This document shows positions 1-8,281 of a DNA stretch of 64,000 nt, piece by piece. The notes under the pieces were generated by a model. It had not been told where the DNA came from and searched no databases. It was given only the letters and a program-made list of their open reading frames with translations. Position numbers and translations under genes: made by a program. This DNA is from Gemmatimonadota bacterium (GTDB lineage Bacteria > Gemmatimonadota > Gemmatimonadetes > Gemmatimonadales > GWC2-71-9): the NCBI GenBank assembly GCA_022710485.1, contig JAKLGU010000002.1:2682-66681 (forward strand). Reading direction: 5' to 3'. Within the stretch, counting starts at the first letter, position 1. Each line of letters opens with the position of its first letter.

Positions 1-2213
1 TCACGGTCTCGGACGCCGCGCAGGGAAGCATCGCGCCGGACATGCTGGGCCGGGTGTTCGAGGGGGTCATGGAACCCGGCGCACGAAAGCAGAGCGGCAC
101 GTATTACACGCCGAGGGCGCTGGTGCGCTCGGCCGTCGATGCCGCGCTCGCCGGATTCGTCGGGGGCCGATTGGGCGTCTCCGATGCGGATGCGCTCCAC
201 CGCCTCTCGGCGGGCGACGAGCGGGCGGCGCGGCTGCTGGACGACATCACGATCCTCGACCCCGCCGCCGGTTCCGGCGCCTTCCTGCTGGGAGCGCTCG
301 AGCGCCTGACCGCGTTCCGGAAGGCCGCGGGGAGGGACGCGACACCCCGGTCGATCGTGGCCCGCAATCTCTATGGCGTGGACCTGAATCCGGCGGCCGT
401 CCGGCTCTGCGAGCTGCGGCTCTGGCTCGCGATCATCAGCGCGGAAGCAGACGGCGCGCCCGACACCGTCCCACCCCTACCCAACCTGGACGCGTTCATG
501 CGCCAGGGCGACAGCCTCGCCGACCCGATGCGGATGATGCTCCGGCATCCGCTGCGCTCGCCCCGGCATGCGGCGGCCCTGACAGCCGCGCGCCGCGCCG
601 CCGTGGAAGCGAGTGGGGGCGCCAAGCGCGAGGCGCTCCGGCGCCTCCGGCAGGTGGAAATGGACACGGCGTCCGAGCGGTTCGAGGCCGCCATCAGGGA
701 GCGCGAGGCCCAGATCAGGGAGATCCTCGCCTCGCGGCACGACGCCACGCTGTTCGGGGAGCGACGCCACCTCGCCCCGAGGGCGGCCAGGGCCCTCGGC
801 GCCGCCCGGACGGGATTGAGGGAACTCAGGCGCCTGCGCCGGGCGCTTCGAGAAGATGGCGCGGCCCCTTCGTTCGATTTCGACATCCAGTTCGGCGACG
901 TAACGGCCGCGGGTGGGTTCGATCTCGTGGTCGGGAATCCGCCCTGGGTGCGCGCGGAGTCGCTCCCGGCGCCCGCACGAGCGCAGCTCAAGGAGCGATT
1001 TCGCTGGTGGCGGACCGGGAGCGGAAGGGGGTACGGGCACCAGCCCGACCTCGCCGTGGCCTTTCTGGAGCGGGCGTGGGAACTCACCCGCCCCGGCGGC
1101 GTCATGGCCATGTTGGTGCCGGCAAAGGTCGCGACGGCTGCCTACGGCACGGCCGCCCGGAGCGCACTGAGCGAGGGCGGGACCGTGCTCGCCGTCGCCG
1201 ATCTCACCAACATGCCGGACGCGTCGTTCGACGCGACCACCTACCCGCTCGCCATCGTCGCCCGGTCGGATCGACCGCCGGCCGACCATCGCCCCCGACT
1301 CGGCCTGGACCCGGCGTCCAGCGTCGCCTTGGGAGAAATGGCGCCAGGCGGCGGACCATGGATCCTGGTGCCCGACACGCTCCAGGCTGCCCTGGCACGC
1401 CTGCGCAGGCATCCCCCGTTGTCCGAGTCCACGCGCATCCAGCTGGGCGTGAAAACGGGGGCAAATCACCTCTTCCTGGCACCCGCGGCGGAGATCGAGG
1501 AAGAGCTCCTCCGACCTGCGGTCCATGGGAAGGATCTCCGTCCGTTTCTCGCCACTCCCTCCGGTCGGATCGTCTGGACCCACGACGCCCGCGGCCAGGT
1601 GCGCCAGTCCCTCCCACCCCAGGCCTCCTGCCACTTCAGGCGTCACGCCGACGCACTCCGAGGGCGCTCCGACGATGCCGGCGCTGTGCCGTGGTCCCTC
1701 TTCCGGGCTTCCGCGGGGCGCCGCGTGCCCCGGGTGATCTGGGCCGACCTCGCCCGCCGACTGGAGGCGGCGTGCCTGGTCGAGCCGCCGTCACTCGAGT
1801 GGGTTCCCATGAACAGTTGCTACGTGGTGCTGGCTGACTCGACGCCCGAGGCACTGGCGCTCTGCGCCTGGCTCAATTCGACATGGATACGTGCGGCCGC
1901 ACGCGCGACAGCCGACCCCGCCAGCGGCGGCTTCGCCCGGTTCAACGCCCGCGCCGTCGGCGCCGTCCCCCTGCCCCGAGCCGCGCTTGGGGACGAGCGA
2001 CTGACCGCGCTGGCACGCCGTGGAGGTGCCGGAGATGACATACAGGGTGAACTCGACGCACTGGTCGGGGCCTGGCTCGACCTTCGACCGCGCGATCGGC
2101 GAGCGCTCGCCGAAGTGGTGGGGGTGGGCGCCGAGCGTCGTCGCCGAGGGCCTGCTGCCGCTCAGGGATCCGCTGGTCGGAATCCTCGATCCCGGCCCGC
2201 CCGCACCTCCTGA
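1..2213 (+). CDS. N6-adenine DNA methyltransferase, Eco57I/PglX-like gamma class; 5' end cut by the window edge
   Basis: The frame of ORF 42..2213 stays open back to nt 3 (TVSDAAQGSIAPDMLGRVFEG). It has a YYTPR motif, AdoMet motif I DPAAGSGAFLL (from nt 258) and catalytic motif IV GNPPW (nt 933-947). The C-terminal region looks like a TaqI/Eco57I-type specificity domain (NSCYVV..AWLNS..VPLP). Confidence 0.85.
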   Translation, partial: TVSDAAQGSIAPDMLGRVFEGVMEPGARKQSGTYYTPRALVRSAVDAALAGFVGGRLGVSDADALHRLSAGDERAARLLDDITILDPAAGSGAFLLGALERLTAFRKAAGRDATPRSIVARNLYGVDLNPAAVRLCELRLWLAIISAEADGAPDTVPPLPNLDAFMRQGDSLADPMRMMLRHPLRSPRHAAALTAARRAAVEASGGAKREALRRLRQVEMDTASERFEAAIREREAQIREILASRHDATLFGERRHLAPRAARALGAARTGLRELRRLRRALREDGAAPSFDFDIQFGDVTAAGGFDLVVGNPPWVRAESLPAPARAQLKERFRWWRTGSGRGYGHQPDLAVAFLERAWELTRPGGVMAMLVPAKVATAAYGTAARSALSEGGTVLAVADLTNMPDASFDATTYPLAIVARSDRPPADHRPRLGLDPASSVALGEMAPGGGPWILVPDTLQAALARLRRHPPLSESTRIQLGVKTGANHLFLAPAAEIEEELLRPAVHGKDLRPFLATPSGRIVWTHDARGQVRQSLPPQASCHFRRHADALRGRSDDAGAVPWSLFRASAGRRVPRVIWADLARRLEAACLVEPPSLEWVPMNSCYVVLADSTPEALALCAWLNSTWIRAAARATADPASGGFARFNARAVGAVPLPRAALGDERLTALARRGGAGDDIQGELDALVGAWLDLRPRDRRALAEVVGVGAERRRRGPAAAQGSAGRNPRSRPARTS

Positions 2214-4320
2214 GGCGGTGGCGAGGGCACTCGCCCAGTCGCTGGCGCCCCCCCGTGCGTCGGATCGCGCACCAGCCTGGCTCGACGCCGCCCAGGCGGA
2301 CGCCTTCCGGATCCTGCTGCACACCGTCCGGTCTCACGGTGCCGCGTTGTGCGCCGACCCCGTCGGCAGCGGCAAGACCTGGCTCGCGCTGGCCGTGGCA
2401 CAGGCGATTTCGCACGAACCGCCCGTCTGCTTCGTGCCGGCTCCACTGGTCCCACAGTGGGAGGCGACTGCCAGGCGACTCGAAGTCCCGATCGTCGCCT
2501 GGTCGCACTCGCGGCTCTCGCTCGGACGCCTGCCGACGGTGAGCCCACCGTTCGTCATCGTGGACGAGAGCCACCACTTCCGCCGCCCCTCGATCCGGCG
2601 CTACCGGACCCTCGCACCCTGGCTGGTCGGGCGCCGGGTCCTCCTGCTCAGTGCCACACCGGTGGTGAACAACTCACAGGACCTGTACCACCAGCTCCAC
2701 CTCGCCTTGCGCGACGACGTCCTGGCCGATGCGGGGCAGGCGTCGATGCGGAACGCCTTCGATCGGGACACCGTTCCCCGTGCGCTGGGCCGATTCGCCA
2801 TCCAGCGTGTCGGCACGTCGGTGGGGCCTCCGCGCCGGGAGCGCGTCGAGATGGTCGACAGCGGGGCTGCCGACCTGCTCCCGGCGATCGACGTCCTGGC
2901 GCTCTCGTCATCGGCCGACATCGCCGCGCTGGTCCGTACGGGCTTGGTCCAGGCGGCGGCGTCGAGCGCCGCTGCGCTCCTTGCCGCGCTTCGCCGATAC
3001 CGTTCGCTGCTGCGGCACGCGCAAGACGCCGCTGCAACCGGGGCGATTCCAAACCGCCGGGAGCTGCGGCGTCTGGTCGGCGACGCGAGTGCACAACTGG
3101 TGCTCTGGTCCCTCCTGGACCTCACGCAGGAGGGGTACGGTGAACTCCGGGTTGACGACCTGCCCGCCGTCGAGGCGCTCATCAGCGAGGCACGGCGCAT
3201 GGCTGATGCGCCGGACGCGAAAGCGGCCCGGCTCGGCGAGATCCTGCGGGACCAGGTCCCGACACTGGTCTTCGTCACCGCAAGGGAAAGCCTCGCCTAC
3301 CTGCGCCACCAGCTTCCCGATCGCTGGCTGGCGTGGTGTTCAGGACAACGTGCGGGGATCGGCGGGACAGCGCTGTCGCGGCGGGATGTGCTGTCCTGGT
3401 TCCGGCCGGCGCCGCCAGTGATGCGCGACCAGCCCGGCGTACCGCGCACCCTTCTGACCACCGACGTCTCGGCCGAGGGCCTGGACTTGCAGGAGGCCGG
3501 GCGGGTCGTGCATTACGACCTCCCGTGGACGGAGGTCAGGCTGGAGCAGCGCAATGGCCGGGCGGTGCGGCTGGGCTCGCACCGGGCGGAAGTCGAGATC
3601 GTCAGGTTCCTACCTGGAGCCGAGTTTGAAAGGCGAATCCACCAGCAGGGGGTGTTGACGCGAAAGGCTGGGCTGCCATCCCGGCACGGTCTCGGTCCGA
3701 TGGTCCGCCACCGATGGCGCTGGCGCCGGGAAGTGGCGGAGGCGATGCCGGGCCCTGCCCTGACCGGACATAGCGCGGTCGAGGCCGACATCGACGGTGC
3801 GCTCGCCGGCATCGCCTTGGAGCGCGATGGAGATCCGGTCGCATCCGAAGTGCTTTGGCGAGAAGGAGCGGACAACTGGACCGACGAGCCAGCGATCGTG
3901 GAGGCCCGCCTCCTCCAGGCGGCCCGCTCCGCGGCGGCCAGTCTCCCGACTTCCGCCGAACTGCGCGAATTGCTCGGATCCCTTTGTGCTCCGGTCAGGG
4001 AGCGCCTGCGCGATGCTTCAGCCCGGCACGTGGGGGACCCATCCCCACGACCGACGGTGCTGCGAGTGACCGGCCGCCTGCGGGCGCTGGCCGCGCGTGC
4101 GGCGCGGCAGCGCGATGGGGCGAGACTCGCGCTGCTGGAGCGGACGCTCGCCTTCTGCACGGCTGGGCACACTGCCGGAGAGGCTCTGCTGCTCGACTCG
4201 CTGATGACGCTCGATGACGAGGCCCTGCTCGACCGTCTTCCGCTTCTGCCCGAACCACCCGCGAGGCTGTCGGCGCTCCGGCCCCGGATGACGGGCTTGA
4301 TCGTCTTTCGCCGTCGGTGA
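2020..4320 (+). CDS. SNF2-family helicase with an uncharacterised ~230-aa C-terminal region
   Basis: Motif I ADPVGSGKT (nt 2365-2379), motif II VIVDESHHF (nt 2563-2577), SNF2-type motif III LLLSATPVVNNSQDLYHQL, and motifs V/VI TTDVSAEGLDLQ and HYDLPWTEVRLEQRNGRAVRLG. Start is GTG 2020 or ATG 2035, overlapping the methyltransferase by about 190 nt. Alternative start GTG 2218 lies 5 nt after the methyltransferase stop. Confidence 0.85.
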   Translation: MEVPEMTYRVNSTHWSGPGSTFDRAIGERSPKWWGWAPSVVAEGLLPLRDPLVGILDPGPPAPPEAVARALAQSLAPPRASDRAPAWLDAAQADAFRILLHTVRSHGAALCADPVGSGKTWLALAVAQAISHEPPVCFVPAPLVPQWEATARRLEVPIVAWSHSRLSLGRLPTVSPPFVIVDESHHFRRPSIRRYRTLAPWLVGRRVLLLSATPVVNNSQDLYHQLHLALRDDVLADAGQASMRNAFDRDTVPRALGRFAIQRVGTSVGPPRRERVEMVDSGAADLLPAIDVLALSSSADIAALVRTGLVQAAASSAAALLAALRRYRSLLRHAQDAAATGAIPNRRELRRLVGDASAQLVLWSLLDLTQEGYGELRVDDLPAVEALISEARRMADAPDAKAARLGEILRDQVPTLVFVTARESLAYLRHQLPDRWLAWCSGQRAGIGGTALSRRDVLSWFRPAPPVMRDQPGVPRTLLTTDVSAEGLDLQEAGRVVHYDLPWTEVRLEQRNGRAVRLGSHRAEVEIVRFLPGAEFERRIHQQGVLTRKAGLPSRHGLGPMVRHRWRWRREVAEAMPGPALTGHSAVEADIDGALAGIALERDGDPVASEVLWREGADNWTDEPAIVEARLLQAARSAAASLPTSAELRELLGSLCAPVRERLRDASARHVGDPSPRPTVLRVTGRLRALAARAARQRDGARLALLERTLAFCTAGHTAGEALLLDSLMTLDDEALLDRLPLLPEPPARLSALRPRMTGLIVFRRR

Positions 4321-4454
4321 CCGCGACACCAGCGGTGCCTTTGCCCGGATGAAGGAAGTCTCACCCGCGTTTCTCCCTCGGTTGCCCCCCGATCCCCCAG
4401 CTTATGGAACCGAGCCGCTTTACGTCGCGACAACGAGGCATCGGGGAGGGAGCC

Positions 4455-5120
4455 ATGCTCACCCAATTTCGTGACCGGCGCGAGGCCGGTCAGCACTTGG
4501 CCGGAGCGCTCCGGGTCCCTGCAGGGGCGCCGGTGCGCGTCTTGGCGCTACCCCGGGGCGGCGTCCCGGTGGGGTACGAAGTTGCGCTGGCCCTCGGCGC
4601 ACCGCTGGATGTCTTCGTGGTGCGCAAGCTGGGGGTGCCTGGCCACGAGGAACTGGCCATGGGGGCCATCGCCCAAGGCGGGGTCCGCGTGCTGAACGAG
4701 GACGTCGTCGGGGGGCTGGGAATCCCGGCCGCGACGATCGAGCGGGTGGCAACCGCAGAGGCCGCGGAACTGGCACGACGCGAGCGCATCTATCGCGGCG
4801 GCGCTCCCGCGCCGGACCTCCGGGGTCACACCGTGATACTGGTGGACGACGGCCTCGCGACCGGGGCGACCATGGCCGCCGCGGTCCGTGGGGCGCGTAT
4901 GCAGGCGCCCGGACGGATCATCGTGGCGGTGCCGGTGGCGTCACGAGAAGCGATGCAGGCGCTGGGGGAATTGGCGGACGAATGTGTGGCCGTCCTCACG
5001 CCGCGGTCCTTCGGGGGCGTCGGACAGTGGTATCAGGATTTCAGGCAGACGAGTGACGACGAAGTGAAGACGCTGCTCGACGCCGCCCGGCGTCGCCCGC
5101 CGGTGGCGCCCATCGCCTAG
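4455..5120 (+). CDS. Phosphoribosyltransferase-family protein
   Basis: PRPP-binding loop VILVDDGLATGATM. The internal ATG at 4455 follows GGGGAGGGAGCC, and the N-terminus MLTQFRDRREAGQHLA is typical of this family, so the start is moved from 4404. Confidence 0.75.
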   Translation: MLTQFRDRREAGQHLAGALRVPAGAPVRVLALPRGGVPVGYEVALALGAPLDVFVVRKLGVPGHEELAMGAIAQGGVRVLNEDVVGGLGIPAATIERVATAEAAELARRERIYRGGAPAPDLRGHTVILVDDGLATGATMAAAVRGARMQAPGRIIVAVPVASREAMQALGELADECVAVLTPRSFGGVGQWYQDFRQTSDDEVKTLLDAARRRPPVAPIA

Positions 5121-5209
5121 CGAGGGTGGCCGAAGAAGGACCCGCGTCGCGTCCGGGCGGCGGCGCCGCAGTAGCCGCACGCACCAGTTCCCCCTTACGT
5201 TATTCCCCC

Positions 5210-5857
5210 ATGCCAGCGCTCACCACGGTCCTCTTCGACCTCGACGGGACCCTCATCGACTCGATCCGGCTCATCATCGACTCCTACCACCACACCCTCG
5301 AGGCGCACGGGCTCCCGCCCCGCACCGACCAGGAGTGGCTCGACGGCATCGGCACACCCCTCCGGGTCCAGTTCGCGGAGTGGGCCCACGACGAGGAGCG
5401 GATGGAGGCGATGATCGCCACCTACCGCGACTACAACATCTTCCACCACGACAGCCGGGTGACGGTCTATCCCGGCGTGGTGGAGATGGTGCAGGCGGTC
5501 CGGGCCGCCGGCTGCCGGACCGGGCTCGTCACGAGCAAGAACCGGGTGGGAGCCTTCCGGGGCCTGCGCCTGGCCGGACTGGAGGACGCCATGGACGTCG
5601 TGATCGGGGCCGACGATGTCACGAACCCGAAGCCGCACCGCGAGCCGGTGGACATGGCCGTGGCCAAGCTCGGGGCCGACCCCATTACCACCGTCTACGT
5701 CGGCGACAGCGTCCACGATATGCACTCCGGCAGAAGTGCCGGCGTACGGACTGCCGCGGTCCTCTGGGGACCGTTCGGACGTCCCGACCTCGAGCCCGCC
5801 GCCCCGGACCACTGGCTCCACCACCCCAGTGAATTGCTAACTCTACTCGGCGCTTAG
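5210..5857 (+). CDS. HAD-superfamily phosphatase (phosphoglycolate phosphatase / PpaX-like)
   Basis: HAD motif I VLFDLDGTLIDS, motif II VTSK, and distal motif VGDSVHDMHSG. The ATG at 5210 places motif I near the N-terminus. Confidence 0.8.
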   Translation: MPALTTVLFDLDGTLIDSIRLIIDSYHHTLEAHGLPPRTDQEWLDGIGTPLRVQFAEWAHDEERMEAMIATYRDYNIFHHDSRVTVYPGVVEMVQAVRAAGCRTGLVTSKNRVGAFRGLRLAGLEDAMDVVIGADDVTNPKPHREPVDMAVAKLGADPITTVYVGDSVHDMHSGRSAGVRTAAVLWGPFGRPDLEPAAPDHWLHHPSELLTLLGA

Positions 5858-5969
5858 CCTTACAGACTTCTCCGCCCGATCCGCCCCGCCGGCTCATCTT
5901 GCGGCGGTGGCCGCCGTCCTTATCTTCCCGCCCAGCAATCCGTTACCAGAACTTTACCGGGACGTTGCA

Positions 5970-6590
5970 ATGCGCCTCCTGCCGCGGGACGAACGCTTCT
6001 TCGATCTCTTCACCAAGGTCGCCACCCTCAACGTCGAAGCCGCCAAGCAGCTGAAGGTGCTCCTCGGCACCGACATGGACCGCCGGCTCCCCATCGTGGA
6101 GTCCATCAAGCGGCTGGAGCACGAGGCGGACATCGTCACCCACGAGGTGGTGACCCGGCTGGACCGCTCCTTCATCACCCCGCTCGACCGCGAAGACATT
6201 CACATGCTGGCCTCGCGTCTCGACGACGTGATGGACCTGATGGACGGCTGCTCCCGGAAGGTCCAGGTGTTCCATGCCGGCGACGCCCCGAAGGGGGCCA
6301 TCCTGCTGGCCGAGACGATCGTCGGCGCCACCGAGCAGCTCCTGGTGGGCGTCAAGCACCTCGACAAGTCCCGCAATGGCGAAGTGCTCGCAGCCTGCGT
6401 CAAGGTGAAGGGGCTCGAGGAGGATGGCGACGCGATCTACCACCAATGGCTCGGCGACCTCTTCAAGGGCGATCCCGACCCGCTCCTGGTCATCCGCTGG
6501 AAGGAGATCTACGACACGCTGGAGAAGACCCTCGACTACGCCGAGGATGTCGCCAACGTGCTCGAGTCCATCTTCATCAAGCACGCCTGA
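5970..6590 (+). CDS. DUF47 / PhoU-like phosphate transport regulator (Pit accessory protein)
   Basis: N-terminus MRLLPRDERFFDLF, helical PhoU-like repeats, and position directly upstream of a PiT transporter. Confidence 0.8.
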   Translation: MRLLPRDERFFDLFTKVATLNVEAAKQLKVLLGTDMDRRLPIVESIKRLEHEADIVTHEVVTRLDRSFITPLDREDIHMLASRLDDVMDLMDGCSRKVQVFHAGDAPKGAILLAETIVGATEQLLVGVKHLDKSRNGEVLAACVKVKGLEEDGDAIYHQWLGDLFKGDPDPLLVIRWKEIYDTLEKTLDYAEDVANVLESIFIKHA

Positions 6591-6592
6591 CC

Positions 6593-7621
6593 GTGACCCC
6601 GTCCGTCGAGTTCGTCCTCGCCGTCATCGTCGTCGCGCTGATCTTCGACTTCATCAACGGCTTCCACGACAGCGCCAACTCCATCGCGACCGTCGTCTCC
6701 ACCCGGGTCCTCTCGCCCGGCGTGGCGGTGTTCTGGGCCGCGTCGTTCAATTTTATCGCCGCGTTCGTGGTGGGCACCGCCGTCGCCAAGACCATCGGCA
6801 AGGGCCTCATCCACCCCTCCGTCGTGGACCCGAACGTGGTCCTGGCCGGGCTCCTCGGCGCCATCGCCTGGAACCTCGTCACCTGGTGGCTCGGGCTTCC
6901 CAGTTCCTCGTCGCACGCCCTCCTCGGCGGGTACGGCGGCGCCGCGGTGGCCAAGGCAGGTGCGGGCGCGCTCATCGCCAGCGGCTGGATCAAGCCGATC
7001 CTCTTCATCGTCATCTCGCCGGTCCTCGGCATGGGGCTCGCGCTCGGACTCACCGTCGCCCTGTCCTGGGGACTCCGGCACAAGAGCCCCGGACCGATGG
7101 ACAAGCTCTTCCGCCGCCTCCAGCTGGTGTCCGCGGCGCTCTATTCCCTCGGCCACGGCGCCAACGACGCCCAGAAGACCATGGGCATCGTCGTCGGCCT
7201 CCTGGTGTCGACGCAGGCGTTGTTCATGGCGGAAACGGGCTGGCTGCACCACCTCTACGTCCCGAACGCCGACACAATCCCCCTCTGGGTCGAGATGGCG
7301 GCCTACTCCGCGATCGCCCTGGGCACGGCGCTCGGTGGGTGGCGCATCGTGAAGACGATGGGCAGCCGCATCACCAAGCTCCGGCCCTTCGGCGGCTTCT
7401 GCGCCGAAACGGCTGGCGCCATCTCCCTCTTCATCGCGTCCGGCCTCGGCGTGCCGGTCAGCACCACCCACACCATCACCGGCGCGATCGTCGGCGTCGG
7501 CGCCGCCAACCGGCTCTCCGCCGTCCGGTGGGGGGTGGCAGGCCGGATCGTCTGGGCCTGGGTCCTCACCATCCCGATGAGCGCCGTGATCGCCGCGCTC
7601 ACCTACCTGGCCATCCGCTAG
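6593..7621 (+). CDS. pit: Inorganic phosphate transporter, PiT family
   Basis: PiT signature FDFINGFHDSANSIATVV plus a second repeat GHGANDAQKTMG. The protein is polytopic and hydrophobic. GTG 6593 lies 2 nt after the DUF47 stop. Confidence 0.9.
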   Translation: MTPSVEFVLAVIVVALIFDFINGFHDSANSIATVVSTRVLSPGVAVFWAASFNFIAAFVVGTAVAKTIGKGLIHPSVVDPNVVLAGLLGAIAWNLVTWWLGLPSSSSHALLGGYGGAAVAKAGAGALIASGWIKPILFIVISPVLGMGLALGLTVALSWGLRHKSPGPMDKLFRRLQLVSAALYSLGHGANDAQKTMGIVVGLLVSTQALFMAETGWLHHLYVPNADTIPLWVEMAAYSAIALGTALGGWRIVKTMGSRITKLRPFGGFCAETAGAISLFIASGLGVPVSTTHTITGAIVGVGAANRLSAVRWGVAGRIVWAWVLTIPMSAVIAALTYLAIR

Positions 7622-7639
7622 CTGCCGCCGGGCGGAATC

Positions 7640-7660
7640 GCCCGACCCCGGGCTATTTTT
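7640..7660 (+). terminator. Putative intrinsic terminator after pit
   Basis: GCCCG (7640-7644) pairs with CGGGC (7649-7653) around a 4-nt loop, followed by TATTTTT. That is the only T5 run in this intergenic region. The stem is only 5 bp. Confidence 0.45.
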
Positions 7661-7666
7661 CGGGCG

Positions 7667-8281
7667 ATGCAGCCGCATGCGCTCCTCCTCGCCGCCGGTA
7701 GCGGATCCCGGTTCGGCAGCAACAAGCTGCTGACCCTCTGGCGCGGCCGCCCCCTGGTAAGCCACCCCATCGCGGCGATCGCCGCCCTCCGTGATCAGGG
7801 CGTCGTGGCCGGCGCCTCCGCCGTCGTCCGGGCGGGCGATCAGCCGGTCATGGACCTCATCCGCCAGGCCGGCCTGCGGGTCGTGGTGAACGCACGGCCC
7901 GAGCTCGGGCTGTCGCACTCACTCCGGCTGGGGCTGGGGTCGCTGGCCGCGCTCACGCCCCAACCGGAAGGCGCCCTCATCTTCCTCGCCGATCAGCCCT
8001 CCGTCCCGCGCGAAGCGGCCGAGGAAGTGATCCGCGCCTGGCAGCTCGGCGGCGGCGCAGTGGTGCGACCACGATACTCCGAGAGTCCGGACGAGCCCGG
8101 ACACCCGGTGCTCCTCGACCGCGACGCCTGGGGGCTCGCCGAGCGGCTGACCGGCGCCCAGGGCCTTGGTCGGGCGCTGTCGAACGCTCCCGAACTCGTG
8201 GTGCATGTGGACGTCGACGGCGCCAATCCCGACGTCGACACCCCCGCCGACCTGTCCCGCCTCGACCCATCGCCTCGATGA
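7667..8281 (+). CDS. MobA/MocA-like molybdenum cofactor nucleotidyltransferase
   Basis: N-terminal LLLAAGSGSRFGSNKLL nucleotidyltransferase loop; about 200 aa. Confidence 0.75.
   Translation: MQPHALLLAAGSGSRFGSNKLLTLWRGRPLVSHPIAAIAALRDQGVVAGASAVVRAGDQPVMDLIRQAGLRVVVNARPELGLSHSLRLGLGSLAALTPQPEGALIFLADQPSVPREAAEEVIRAWQLGGGAVVRPRYSESPDEPGHPVLLDRDAWGLAERLTGAQGLGRALSNAPELVVHVDVDGANPDVDTPADLSRLDPSPR

Noticed and set aside
4404-4454. Upstream ATG starts given by the ORF track for the phosphoribosyltransferase (4404), HAD phosphatase (5126), DUF47 (5907), FabI (54508), DUF423 (56289), YkgJ (56516) and DinB (63175)
   Set aside because: The added residues are low-complexity or overlap the preceding gene. 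Internal starts with Shine-Dalgarno-like sequences and family-typical N-termini were preferred.
5901-5926. Small hairpin GCGGC-GGTG-GCCGC followed by CGTCCTTATCTT after the HAD gene
   Set aside because: The stem is only 5 bp and the U-tract is interrupted, which is too weak to call a terminator.
6424-7701. 425-aa plus-strand ORF overlapping the PiT gene in another frame
   Set aside because: Its translation is Arg/Pro/Gly-rich with no hydrophobic helices, whereas the 6593..7621 frame gives the PiT signature.
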